In this document: positions 25,126-38,140 of the stretch, one piece after another
How positions within the stretch are numbered: position 1 is the first letter of the stretch
How the letters are laid out: each line of letters begins with the position of its first letter
Source: Octopus bimaculoides
Lineage: Eukaryota
Assembly (NCBI RefSeq): GCF_001194135.2
Contig: NC_068982.1
Location: 5,015,691-5,079,690 of the forward strand
DNA: 64,000 nucleotides
Direction of reading: 5' to 3'
Notes under the pieces: model-generated
The model's input: only the letters and a program-made list of their open reading frames with translations
The model's database searches: none
What the model was told of the DNA's origin: nothing
Position numbers and translations under genes: made by a program

Positions 25126-26569
25126 CAAAGCGACTAACAAAATATTTTGTATGTGAAAATGCTAAAGCCATATTTTTATGTTTATCTATTTCCACAAACA
25201 CACAAAGTAAGCAACAGCACAGTCGTTATAAAACATTGCCAAAAACTATTACTAATAGGTTTTAAAGACTTCAGGTTAGAAGATTCAAACAGTTTTAAAA
25301 TGTCCTGTGTCAAAGAAGAGAAGAATACTTGAGATGGCAGAATACTGAAAGCATGTGACATTTAGTTGCAACAGTTTGCATTCTGACTTCAGACTCTCTC
25401 AGGCAGGATTGTGATGGTACCAACGACCTGGCTCAATTCCATCAATTCCACCGACAGAATGACTTTTAAGAAGAGAAGACGGATACTAAAATCTATTGGT
25501 AAGAGTCTCTTGTTAGATAGAGACCAGAGTCTTGTACAATGTATTCTGTGACTAAGGACCACCCCTGTGGTAACTTTTACTTTTCATTGTAGAAGAATAT
25601 ATGGATTAGATGAAGCAATTAAAAACTTGGCACATCAGTTCTTTGGTACCAAGCCAGCAAGCTTCCTTTACATTAGCCAAATAGCAGTTATGGCAAAAGA
25701 GAAAAAGTAATTTTTCTGGTANNNNNNNNNNNNNNNNNNNNNNNNNNNNNNNNNNNNNNNNNNNNNNNNNNNNNNNNNNNNNNNNNNNNNNNNNNNNNAA
25801 AAAAGAGAAAATACAAATTGATTGAAAACTGAAGCTTACATTTTTAATAATGTTCAACTAATGTTTAAAATAAGCTAAATAGCAAATGTGTAATCAACAA
25901 CTCTTGAACTATTTAAATCCAGCATTAAAATAATATTACCAAAATAAACCATCTGAGAAGTGTATGAAGTTGAACCGGGTAATCACAAGAAAGCCACAGC
26001 ATCTGTTCCATTATTCAGTGTTTGATTAAACTATAAAATGAGAATGTATTTATTCCCAGAGTATAAAACTTTATTCATCTTTTGATGCTGAGCTAAACAA
26101 AAGAAGCCAAAGGATTTTGTAGTTCAGCAGAAATGTCCAACAAACTCTACTTTCTTTCATATGCATTAAATGTAATTTTTTTTTTCCTTTTCAATTTCCA
26201 AGTTATTTTGAGTCATTTCTCTCTGAAGACATTGAGCAATGCATACAGACATAGAAAATACTAACATATTATCTTTTACTCTTTACTTGTTTCAGCCACT
26301 GGACTCGTCAGCCAGATCCGAGGACCTTACCAGACCGTTCGATCGGTAGTAGAGACAGGCGATATGTACAAAGGGCAGGGACGTGATCGATGCAGGCTGA
26401 TGACCTGCACCTACTGGGAATTCCTCGTTCAGAGGATTGGTTCCAGGCCCCAATCCCTATCATAGGAGGTGGTTCAGAGGTTTCCTGACCCTCTTGGGCC
26501 AGGACAAGCTTTCTTTTCGGTGCAATAACAGTCCTGCTGGCTTGCCACCTAAACATATTCAACATGTAG

Positions 26570-27320
26570 GTGCATGTGTGGCTGTGTGGTAAGAAGCATG
26601 CTTCTCAACCACATGGCTCCGAGTTCTGTCCTATTGTGTGGCACCTTGGGTAAATGTTGTCTACTACAATCTTGAGCTGACCAAAGCCTTGTGAGTGGAT
26701 TTGGTAAGTGGAAACTGAAAGAAGCCCATTATATATATATGGAAAATAATACAAGGTAGAAAATGCTAAAATAATTTTATCATGAAGAACATTTTAGTAC
26801 CGGTTTCAGTTTATGTGACTTTTTCAACTTAGAGTAAAGCATGAAAAACAATTAAATTGCGGAAAAATGAAATGAAATGTATTTATAAAATATTTCCATA
26901 GTTTTCAAATACGTGGGACATTTTCTTTTTTTCTGTCTGTCCCTGTCTCTCTTTTTTACTCTTGGATTTTTATAATTAAGGGCACAGATGAAAATCTTGC
27001 CTATATGCTGAAAAGAAACACTAAATTGTCTAGCCATTTGATAGATTTATTCTTATATGCTGGCCATTGATAAAAATTTTTATGATTTTATTCTTTATTT
27101 TGTTTGTTTGTGTGTATGTATGTATGTGTCTGTCCCCCACCCCACCATCGCTTGACAACTGATGTTGGTGTGTTTACATCCCCGTAACTTTGGCAAAAGA
27201 GGCCAATAGAATAAGTACTAAGCTTACAAGGAATAAGCCTTGGAGTCGATTTGTTCGACTAAAGGGAGTGCTCAAGCATGGTCGCAGTCAAATGACTGAA
27301 ACAAGTGAAAGAATGAAAGA
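26570..27320 (+). mobile_element. SINE family K split by an inserted AT-rich repeat (26735-27095)
   Basis: Head at 26570-26730 and body/tail at 27120-27320; the intervening block is homologous to 56195-56290 and 56575-56640. Confidence 0.7.
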
Positions 27321-27534
27321 ATTGGTAAAAAGAAGAGATAAAAACAACCTGCTTTGCATAACGGTCAAAAACTTGATGTTTATATAAAGTTTTGAAGTCA
27401 AGTGATCAGAGATCAAGCAGCGCCTGACATGATAACCTTTCTGTCTTTCGAAATAGCATTTTATCTGCACAACGGGATTACTGTAGCTATTGATGTGATA
27501 TCTAATCTCTCCGTCAAAGGGAATATCAAAGGAT

Positions 27535-27725
27535 AAACAAAACTGACACACAGTCGGTTACGATGATAAGAGTTCCACTTGAGCTGATTGACGGAACAGC
27601 CTGCTCGTCAAATTAACATGCAAGTGGCTGAGTACTCTACAGGCGTTCATATCCTTAATGTAGTTCCCAGGGATATTCAGCATGACATTGAGTATGACAG
27701 GGCTGGCCCTTTGAAAAACAGTTAC
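27535..27725 (-). mobile_element. SINE family O, 3' part
   Basis: ggttacgatgataagagttccacttg..ctgattgacggaacagcctgctcgtcaaattaacatgcaagtggctgag. Confidence 0.8.
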
Positions 27726-27729
27726 TACT

Positions 27730-28245
27730 TCATCATCATCATTATCATCATCATCGGTGGCATTGTTTAACGTCTGCTTTCCATGCTGGCATGGGTTGGA
27801 TGATTTGACTGAGGACTGGCAAGCCAGAAGTCTGCACTAGGCTCCAATCTGATTTGACAAGGTTTCTACAGCTGGATGCCCTTCCTAATGCCAACCACTC
27901 CGAGCATGTAATGGATGCCTTTTATGTGCCACCAGCATGAGTGCCGGTCCGGCGGCACTGGCATCGGCCACAGTAAATGATTTCACTTGACTCAACAGGT
28001 CTTCTCAAGCACAGCATATTGCCTGACGATTGAAGGGTACTTCTAAACGGGCCAGTTATGCGACACTGATATCAGCCACAGCTATGATCTCACTTGGCTT
28101 GATGGGTCTTCTCAAGCACAGCATATCTCCAAAGGTCTCAGTCGCTTGTCATTGCCTCTGTGAGGTCCAACGTTTGAAGGTCATGCTTCACAACCTCATC
28201 CCAGGTCTTCCGAGGTCTACCTCTTCCACAGGTTCCCATCAAATG
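27730..28245 (-). mobile_element. Family R RTE 3' end including the ORF2 C-terminus
   Basis: ORF 28138-28326 ends TCGRGRPRKTWDEVVKHDLQTLDLTEAMTSD (RTE consensus), followed by UTR units and (ATC)n. Confidence 0.9.
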
Positions 28246-28854
28246 AATTGGAGCAGCATGAAATAAAGTGCCTTGTTCAAGGAGAGAACGCTCCGCCAGG
28301 TATTGTACACATGACCTCACAATCAAGAACTGAAAATCCGAAGTACTAAGCCATGTGCCTTCACAAAGGATAACTTATGAAGAGGTAATAACATATCACT
28401 CACATAGCATAATACAATTTTCTATATTAATCAGGGACTTTGAATAAATATATTAATTTCAAATACGAAAATTATGTAACTCAAACTTGATAAGTAAACT
28501 GTTCAAAATTATAAAAACAAAAACCTTTTATTAGTTATATTTTGTTGTATTTACTAATTGAGAAATTAAACAATGATAGAAGCAAACATCTGAATAGGCC
28601 TAAAAATCAATAAACCAGCTAAGAATAGCAATGAAATTCAATAAGAAGAAAGAGTTGAAATTTTATAAAATAACAACATTAACATGAGAAATAAGAGAAG
28701 AAATAGGATCAATTATTGTGTTAGCAATACTCATTATCATTAGATTGTCCTTATTTCCATTTTTTTTTTTTTTTTTTTTTTTGTGTGAACAGGGTACGAA
28801 ATGTGTAGGCGTACAAGACAAAAGTGCATTCGTTCAGTCTCAAAATATTCATCA

Positions 28855-29110
28855 TCATCATCATCATTGTTTAACACCCATTTTCCATGCTGGTATTGGT
28901 TGGACAGTTTGAAAGGAACTGGCAAGCTTGGGAGCTGCACCCCAGGCCCTATTTGTCTGTTGTGGCAGAGTTTCTACAGCTGGATGCCCTTCCTAATGCC
29001 AACCACTTTCTGTGATACCAGCATGAGAGTTTTCTTACACGGTGCCAGCAGCATGCATGCTTTTTATGTGGTGCCGGCACAGGGGCTTTATACATGGCAC
29101 CAGCATGAGC
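28855..29110 (-). mobile_element. Family R copy
   Basis: (ATC)n, gtttaacacccattttccatgctgg...ttctacagctggatgcccttcctaatgccaaccac. Confidence 0.8.
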
Positions 29111-29136
29111 ACTCTTTATGTAAAATTAAATTACAA

Positions 29137-29292
29137 GGAAAAATTTCCACTTATTTCTTTTTTATTTTTCTAAACTTTTCGTTGTGTCTTGCAACATTTA
29201 CAGTAATTTTTTTTAGTCAAAACTATTGAAAAGATTGCAAGACGCAACGAAAATTTTAGGAAAATAAAAAAGAAATAAGTGGAAATTTTACC
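29137..29292. mobile_element. 156-bp MITE with ~57-bp TIRs
   Basis: ggaaaaatttccacttatttctttttatttttctaaacttttcgttgtgtcttgcaa versus the reverse complement of ttgcaagacgcaacgaaaattttaggaaaataaaaaagaaataagtggaaattttacc. Confidence 0.85.
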
Positions 29293-29839
29293 GGTGAGTG
29301 TTAAATTATAAGGCATCAAAAGAGAATGACTCTCCCACCAGACACAACAGAATATGCTTCAACACAAAGAATCTTGCAAACCAAATCCCAAAACAAAATA
29401 AATTACAGGGAACATAGCTTAATAACCAATGATTTTCAAACATTGATGCTATCCAAAGGAAACTTAAAAGAAATAACAATTCAACAACAGAATTATTAAT
29501 GGCTGGTGTTATCCAGTTACATTTCTATTTAACCATCCTACACAAAACTGGATTATATATCAAAGTATCATCAAAGTTCATATAATGTTTCGTTTTAAGT
29601 TCTTTAAGACTTGACACCAAGCCTCCATTTGCATTACATGCTTCAACTATGCCAATCCTATGTATTAAGTATGTACTAAAGCAGAGTAAGGACCAATATG
29701 CTTCTATAAGTGTAAAAAAAAAAGAAGATAGAACATTACTTTTCAGTGCTAATTATACTGGTCCAAGAAACAGGAATTTATTAACCCTTTCATTACCAAA
29801 TTCCTTTTAAAATACACTACTTTTGTTTTAATTAGTCTT

Positions 29840-30430
29840 GGTAGGAGGACACTAAACTCGGCTTGCGAAGACCTGTTGGGGCAAGTGAAAGCGAAATCGA
29901 ACTATATCTGTAGGAACACTAAACTCGGCTTGCGAAGACCTGTTGGGGCAAGTGAAAGCGAAATCATGATGGCACCTGTACCAGTGGAGTGCTAAGAGCA
30001 CCATTCAAGCGTGATCGCTGCCAGAGCAGCTGTGTGGCTTCCGTGCCAGTGGCACGTAAATAGCACCATTTGAGCGTGATCGTTACCAGCGTCGCCTTTC
30101 TGGCACTTGTGCCCATGGCATGTGTAAGGACTTTCGAGCGAGATCGTTGCCAGTGCCGCTGGACTGGCTCCTGTGCAGGTGGTACGTAAAATTCACCATT
30201 TCGAGCGTGGCCATTGCCAGTACCTCCTGACTGGCCTTCGTGCCGGTGGCACATAAAAGCACCCACTACACTCTCGGAGTGGTTGGCGTTAGGAAGGGCA
30301 TCCAGCTGTAGAAACTTTGCCAGATTAGATTGGAGCCTGGTGTAGCCATCTGTTTCGCCAGTAGTCAGTCAAATTGTCCAACCCATGCTAGCATGGAAAG
30401 TGGACGTTAAACGATGATGAGGAGGATGAT
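29840..30430 (+). mobile_element. Family R copy with an exact 50-bp duplication and ~4 tandem units
   Basis: 29849-29898 is identical to 29916-29965; conserved end and (GAT)n. Confidence 0.9.
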
Positions 30431-30449
30431 GATTATTATTAAATTGGAG

Positions 30450-30670
30450 TAAGGTGGTGAGCTGGCAGAATCGTTAGCACGCCGGGCAAAATGCTTAGCG
30501 GTATTTCGTCTGCTACTATGTTCTGAGTTCAAATTCCACCTGGGTCAACTTTCCCTTTCATCCTTTCAGGGTCGATTAAACAAGTACCAGTTACACACTG
30601 GAGGTCGATGTAATCAACTTAATCCCTTCCCCCAAATTTGAGGGCTCGTGGTTCTAATAGAAAGGATTAT
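30450..30670 (+). mobile_element. SINE family N
   Basis: aaggtggtgagctggcagaatcgttagcacgccgggc...tttcatcctttcagggtcgattaaacaagtaccag. Confidence 0.85.
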
Positions 30671-31028
30671 TAAACTGGAATTTAGAACTTAAATTAATAT
30701 GAAATTTTTATGGAAAGTTTTAATTTAGTTCGCTTTAAAATAAGAAAGTTTGAATCATAAATCCATGGGTGGTTGTGGGTAATTTGGTATGAAGGGAGTT
30801 AAGAGATCTGGAAAATTCCAAATTCCAAAAGATGAAGTTTTACACATTTGCATGCGGTGGAACTTAAAGCTCTCTATTCTTTGATTGAAAATAGAATGGA
30901 TTTTACCAAATAAGGTCTATGAGATATATTTATTACAAATATAATTTTAAAGACATGTTTCTTCAATGAATTTTACATCACCTTCAAATACAATCCCTCA
31001 ATTTCAAATGACATAGTCATCAAATAAT

Positions 31029-31066
<38 letters not shown>

Positions 31067-31904
31067 TATGTATGTATGTATGTATGTATATATATATGTA
31101 TGTTGGCCTGTTCACCTAGCTAGCAGTGTGGCATCATTAGAAAGCTAAAATGATGCAAAAGTGCATTGTAATTAGTGATGTATAACAACCACAGCCAGCT
31201 AGTTTGTTCAATCACATGATCGTGTGATATAACATATATTATATAGCAGCAGTGTATAGCTCGTATAATTAGAGGTGAGATGAGAAACATACCTCTTGTA
31301 CAGTTGATGATGATGATGATGATGATAAGCAGCTGAGAATTAGGATAAAAGCAGAGGTTAATTTGAATTTTATTGTTGCAAAATTTTTGTTATATTTTGT
31401 CATTGTTTTAAAATATTTAATCATTTGTAACATTTTCTAAAAGATGGAAAATTAATCAACCACGCATAATTAATTATAAGTAAAATTAAGACAAACAGAA
31501 AAAAAAAAGAAATTTTATACCAGGAGGAAAAAAAAAATTATTTAAGAACAAAGCAAGCAATATGTAATTTCCTACTTTAAAGCAATTTCAAAATCAAATT
31601 GAAATAAGTGAAAATACACAAATTAAAAACTGTTTTTCTCAATTTATATTTTTAATTGCAAAGCATTTGAATATTTCACAACTCATGCAAATGGATAAAA
31701 AAAAATAAAATGGAAATGAAAATTTCATATTCTTAGTAAAGCAAGATTGAATCGCTTACGATTAAGAATAAAGAACGAATTTTGGGCGGTTCTTAAAATA
31801 TAAGCCAACTGGGAAATTATAGCGCTAAAGTGAACAGATGAATTGGAAATCAGATACAAAGGATTCTTTAAAAATGGAAGAACCACATTATGTGCATGCG
31901 CAGG

Positions 31905-32059
31905 AGTGGCTGTGTGGTAAGAAGTTTGCTTCTCAACCACATGGTTCCGGGTTCAGCCCCACTGCGAGGCAACTTGGGCAAGTGTCTTCTACTATACCCT
32001 TGGGCCGACCAAAGTCTTGTGAGTGGATTTGGTAGATGGAAACTGAAAGAAGCCTGTCG

Positions 32060-32098
<39 letters not shown>

Positions 32099-32169
32099 GC
32101 AGAAGTGGCTGTGTGGTAAGAAGTTTGCTTCCCAACCACATGGTTCCAGGTTCAGTTCATGTATGTATT

Positions 32170-32209
<40 letters not shown>

Positions 32210-33960
32210 CATGCACACACACACACACGCACACACGCAAAGAAATTATATGATAAACTTTTATTATAAACTTCCTGTGCCGGTGGCATGTAAAAAGCAC
32301 CCATTACACTTTCGGAGTGGTTGGCATTAGGAAGGGCATCCATCTGTAGAAACTTTGCCAGATCAGATTGGAACCTGGTGCAGCCTTCTGGTTCACCAGT
32401 CCTCAGTCAAACCGTCCAACTCATGCCAGCATGGAAAGTGGACATTAAACGACAATGTTGATGAGGATGATGATGATGATGAAACGTCATGTAAATTCCT
32501 GAATCATTCTTCACTAGGATTTCAAATCCTTTCATTCTGAGAACAGAAAAATTAATATGTAATAATTTGACTTTTATTTTATTTTTTTTTTACATTTATT
32601 GAAGGTGGTGAGATGGCAGAATTATTAGCAGGCTGGACAAAACACTTGGCACTGCTTTGCTCATCTTTACATTCCAAGTTCAAATTCCATCAAGGCCAAC
32701 TTTACTGCTAATCTTTCTGAGGTCAATGAATTAAGAACCAGTTGAGCACTGGAGTCAATATAATCAAATTAACCCACCTCCCCTCCCCAAAATTGCTGGC
32801 CTTGTGCCAAAATTTGAAACCAATCTTTATAAGAGATAAGACAACAAGCTGGCAGAATTGTTAGCACACAAGAGAAAATGTTTCGTGGCATTTGTCCATT
32901 TTTTTTTTGCAGTCATTTGACTGCGGCCATGCTGGAGCACCGCCTTTAGTCAAACAAATCGACCCCAGGACTTAGTCTTTGTAAGCCTAGTACTTATTCT
33001 ATCGGTCTCTCTTGCTGCCCACCGCTAAGTTACGGGGATGTAAACGCACCAACATTGGTTGTCAAGCGATGGTGGGGGGAATACAGACACACAAACACAC
33101 ACACACATATATATATATATACAACAGGCTTCTTTCAGTTTCCATCTACTAAATCCACTCACAGGGCTTTGATCGACCCGAGGCTATAACAGAAGACACT
33201 TGCCCAAGGTGCCATACAGTGGGACTGAACCCAGAACCACACAGCTACTTACCACACAGCCACTCCTGCGCCTTTACGTTCTGAGTTCAAATTCTGCCGA
33301 GTCTATCTATGCTTTTCAACCTTCCAAGGCTGACAAAATAAGTCCCAGTTGAGCACAGGTACTTGTTTCTTCCCCTACCTCCTAAATTTCAATACCTGTA
33401 GAGGAAGGGAATATTTTAACATCTAATGAATGGGCAGATACATGGTCATGTGGTTAAGCGGTTGCTTTCACAACCACATGAATTCCGGTTGAACCCCAAT
33501 GCGTGGCACTGTAAACAAGAGTTTTCTACTCTCACATCAGGCTGACAAATGCTTTGTGGTTGATGAAAGCCCATCATATAGATGCAGGTGTGGCTGTGTG
33601 GTAAGAAGTTTGGTTCCCAGCCACATGATTCCTGGTTCAGTCCCACTGTGTGGTACCTTGGGCAAGTGTCTTCTACTATAGCCTCATGAGAGGATTTGAT
33701 AGACAGAAACTGAAAGAAGCCCATCATATATAAGTGTATGTGTGTGTGTGCGTGCTTGTCCCCCACCACTGCTTGACAACTGGTGTTTACACCACTGCAA
33801 CATAGCAGTTCAGCAAAATAAACTGACAGAATAATAATCAGGCTTTAAAAAAGAAGGAAAAGAATTAGTACTGGGGTAAATTCATTCGACTAGAAAATTC
33901 TTCAAGATGGTGCCCCAGCATGGCCACAGCCTTAATGTCTGCAAAAAGCAAAAGACAAAA
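31905..33960. mobile_element. Dense retroposon cluster: K (+, doubled head) 31905-32160; R (+) 32270-32480; N (+) 32600-32900; K (-) 32905-33275; N part 33275-33400; K (+, nested heads) 33445-33960
   Basis: Each block matches family members elsewhere in the window. Confidence 0.8.
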
Positions 33961-33989
33961 GAAGTAATTTGCCATGAAAATTGAAAAAC

Positions 33990-34360
33990 CTAAGATTCTG
34001 GAGTGTCGTTCTTTGGTAAATTCATGGAACCCAACACTGAGACATGTTAAGAAGCAAATACGAAACGGGGAAGGAAAGAGGCGTGGGGGAGAAGAGGAGT
34101 GAGTTTAGTGGAAATTAGTGCGAGTAGAATGATCTGAGAGGAGACGAAGAGGAAAAGTTGGTGGAAGTACAGAGTGAGAGGATTTTGTAGTTGAAAGCCA
34201 GGTCAAGTGAAGTAATGAAATTGAGGAGTGGAACAATCATAAGATTCATTCGTTCACAGAAATCAGGTGAAGAAGATTTGAATACAATCATGAATGCACA
34301 CGAAGCACGTTAGGAAGCTGCAAAACGACACACGCGTATACATGAATAATAATGTGACTG
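33990..34360 (-). promoter_or_regulatory. Candidate promoter / 5' UTR segment
   Basis: Non-repetitive, visibly CpG-enriched, pyrimidine-rich on the minus strand, next to GA/CT and CA/TA microsatellites; no strong donor found. Confidence 0.3.
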
Positions 34361-34654
34361 AATTTAATGTTGATGCATAAAGACAGCTTTTGCATATTAT
34401 GTACAATACACCTACACACACATAAGTATAATGTATGCATGTAGAAACACTATATATGCATGTGTGTGTGTATACATAGAGTGAGAGACAGAGAGAGAAA
34501 GAGAGAAAGAAAGGAGGGAAAGAGAGTGAGAGAGAGGTACACATAAATGACATACACCAGCTCAGTAGACACAGAATCACGTATACACAAGCACCACACA
34601 CACACACAGATATAAACATACATGCATACTTATATTACACATAATACACACATT

Positions 34655-34706
<52 letters not shown>

Positions 34707-34711
34707 TATAT

Positions 34712-34875
34712 CTACACTCTCTGAGTGGTTGGCATTAGGAAGGGCATCCAGCTGTAGAAACTCTGCCAAATTAGATTGGAGCCTGGTGTTGCCATCCGGT
34801 TTCACCAGTCCTCAGTCAAATCGTCCAACCCATGCTAGCATGGAAAGCGGACGTTAATGATGATGATGATGATGA

Positions 34876-34880
<5 letters not shown>
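34712..34880 (+). mobile_element. Family R short copy between (TA)n runs
   Basis: ctacactctctgagtggttggcattaggaagggc...ggacgttaatgatgatg. Confidence 0.85.
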
Positions 34881-34912
<32 letters not shown>

Positions 34913-35134
34913 GTATATATTAATATTATCTTGGTTGAAAAACTTCGATAATGTAAATATGTTAATAGTTACCAGGGTAGCGAAAATCACTCAAAAAAAC
35001 TGGGATATCTTATTTCTTTGGAGTAGAGTGCACATAAATTTTGAAACATGTGTAGGAATTAAAGGAACTTATTGATCATACGCGTTTTGCTCCATTTATT
35101 ATTATTCTTCATATATATATATAATATAATAAAT

Positions 35135-35355
35135 ACAGGCTGGCAGAAACGTTAGCATGCCAGGAGAAATGCCTAGTGGTATTTCGTCTGCAATTACGTT
35201 GTGAGTTCAAATCCCACCGAGGTTGACTTTGCCTTTCATCCTTTCGAGGTTGATTAAATAAGTACCAGTTACGCACTGGGGAGGGTCGATGTAATTGACT
35301 TAATACCTTTGTCTGTCCTTGTTTGTCCCCCCTATGTTGGCAATAAAGAAATAAA
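35135..35355 (+). mobile_element. SINE family N
   Basis: ggctggcagaaacgttagc...gactttgcctttcatcctttcgaggttgattaaataagtaccag...aataaagaaata. Confidence 0.85.
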
Positions 35356-35642
35356 TATAATAAATATGAAAACTAATTTCTGTGTATCAGCGTGTCACAC
35401 TTATACCCCCCTCTCTCACTATTCAATGACACTCCTACTATTCCTCATGATGGGGTGAGAGCAATAATAGGCATAGAGATGATGAGGCTAATGGTGAAGA
35501 GAGAGAGAAAGAAAAAGAGAGGGAAAGAAAGAGCGACAAAGAAAGGTAGCAATGATCTCAAGCTACACATCTTCCTTTCAAGCACTGCTGTAAACAGCAA
35601 AAGTGAGCTAGAATGTTAAAACTTAGTGCATGTGCACTGCAG

Positions 35643-35707
35643 AGTTCAAGGTCAACTTGTGCCCAGTGGCTTCACTCTGCATGCTTTAGCTTCATTACTA
35701 TGGCAAC
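35643..35707. promoter_or_regulatory. Nuclear-receptor DR0/ERRE plus RFX X-box motif pair
   Basis: AGTTCA-AGGTCA at 35643-35654 contains TCAAGGTCA (35646-35654); ATTACTATGGCAAC at 35694-35707 is 13/14 to an X-box (GTTACTATGGCAAC). Confidence 0.35.
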
Positions 35708-36433
35708 TGTCCAGATACTTATTGATCAGACCACACACATATATATACACACACAGAGAAACATATATATTTATTATATATTGTATAAAAACTAATAAGG
35801 CACACGCATTTAGAGGAAGTGAAGCAGAAAACAGCAGATGGAAGAATTAGAGCCAAGTTGTGGTGTATATTACAACCATATAGAGCAGAGGCATCCATGT
35901 TGAAGATTAGCATCTACTTGTGTTTGCAGATCTTGTTAGAACCAAAGAAATACAAAACAATACAGACAGTGAGATAGTCAAAGACATGGCCAAGTAAACA
36001 CTACACAAATAATGCGGTATTTTGGTAGTAATTTTTCTTTTGATATTTGAAAATGTGAAAAATGGACTTGTCTCAGGCTGACCACATCAATGGTAAGATT
36101 TTAAATCTTGTGTTGATCACTTAATAAAGATATATTACAAACCAAAATTAAACCATCAAATCTGTTTTGTCCAATGCTTTGTACGATGGCAAACCTTCAT
36201 TTTCAAGGCTATATTCAAAAGATTTGGTTTATCTTATGACAAAGAAGCAGATGATATATGCAATAATAATAATATAAGGTTCACTCTGCTAAGTGGACAG
36301 TTGGGTAGCATTATCTTTTAAAATCTTCATCTTGGAAGTGCCATCCACTTAGAACAACATACATAATGACATTGGATGATTCTAAAGTTATGATTATTGT
36401 TTATGAGATTTTAATAGGGGTGGTTTTTGATCT

Positions 36434-36521
36434 TGTGTAGGATGTAGGATGTAGGATGTAGGTATCACCTATGAAATTGTGTAGGATGAAATTGTGTAGG
36501 ATGTAGGTATCACCTATGAAA
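36434..36521. repeat. Nested tandem duplication: (TAGGATG)n plus duplicated tgtaggtatcacctatgaaat unit
   Basis: Direct reading. Confidence 0.85.
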
Positions 36522-37339
36522 TATAATATACTGTAATATAATACAATACTCTTTTATTCTTTCACTTGTTTCAGTCATTTGACTACGGTCATGCTGGAGC
36601 ACCGCCTTTAGCTGAACAAATTGACCCTAAGACTTATTCTTTGTAAGTCTAGTACTCATTCTATCCCCGAAATATTGTTATCCCTGAAATATGCTTAGAT
36701 TTGGGAGAAGTGCAACAAACACATGGAAATGGCATACCAATGCCAGATGAAGAACGGCTAGTTATGAGCAAGGTAAATAACATCAAAGAAGGAACTGACT
36801 GCTGCTCCAGCACAAGCCGAGAAGACTATTGGATCTTTGTGGAGATAAGAAAGGAAATTTCCCATTTATCACAAACAAAGGAATTTGCTTTGGTGAGACA
36901 AGAAAGCAACAATCCCAAGAATTCTTTCATTTTAAACTTCTCAACTTATCTAAAAAAACCTGTTTGATCAAATCAAGCCTGACAGCTCAAACACATCCAA
37001 GGAAGAACAAAAAATACAACCTACATAATATCTACTTGGATCATTTACACAATGGCATTTTACATCTAATGAATTATGAGTGAGTTTCTTTCTGCTGAAT
37101 CTCGTTTCAGATTGATCTTCCAGCTTCCACATTCAAAGATGTCATGATTGAAAAACTGTCCAATCACACAACAGAGTCTCAAACAAAATTTACAAAAACT
37201 GCTCTGGGATTTTCAGAAACTTCTTCAGATTATTGTGGTGAGAATGTAAGAAGCAGAAGACAATGTAGAACTGGAACTTAGCAGTAAATATGCAAATATC
37301 TAATGTCTGTTATGCAAAGCATTGTATTTTTGTGCATAT

Positions 37340-37909
37340 CTTTTATCTTTTACTTGTTCCAGTCACAGGACTGCGACCATGCTGGAGCACTACCTGGAGA
37401 GATTTTAGTCAAAGGAATTGATCCCAGGACTTGTTTGTTTTTTAAGCTTGGTACTTGTTCCATCAGTCTCTTTTGCCAAACCACTAGGTTATGGGGGACA
37501 TAAAGACATCAATACCAGTTGTCAAGCAGTGGTGAGCAACAAATAGAGACACACACACAAACTCACAAAAACACACACACACACACACACACACATGTAT
37601 GATGGTCATGTTTCAGTTTTTGTCTACCAAATGGACTCACACGGCTTTGGTCAGTCTGACACTATAACTGAAGTCACTTGCGCAAGGTATCATGCAATGG
37701 GACTGAACCCAGAACCATACGGTTGGGAAGCAAGCTTCTTACCACACAACCACATCTGTGCCTATAGAAATACAAACAGACATAACCACGTGGTTAAGAA
37801 GTTTGCTTCACAATCATGAGATTTTAGGTGTCTTATGCTACAGCACTTGGCTGACTAATACCTTGTTGTGAGTGAATTTGATAGACAGAAACTGTGTGGA
37901 AGCCCATCA

Positions 37910-37952
<43 letters not shown>

Positions 37953-38140
37953 ATCCTTGTGTTTGACCACCACCAGCAATGTTAAGTCATTGACATCTCT
38001 GTAACTTAGTGGTTCAGCAAAAAGAAACCAACAGAACAAGTGCCAGACTTAAAATAAATTCTGGAGTTAATTTCTTCGAAGAAACCCTTCAAGATTATGC
38101 TACAGCAAAGCCACAGTCAAACGACTGAAATGGATAAAAG
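37340..38140. mobile_element. Head-to-head SINE K pair: minus 37340-37775, plus 37790-38140
   Basis: Two opposed heads separated by ~30 nt (…ttaccacacaaccacatc…cacgtggttaagaagtttgcttc…). Confidence 0.75.

Noticed and set aside
29990-30270. CRISPR-like look of the ~60-66 bp hairpin-bearing tandem units
   Set aside because: Eukaryotic context, units homologous along their full length with no unique spacers, no cas genes; they are part of an RTE 3' UTR.
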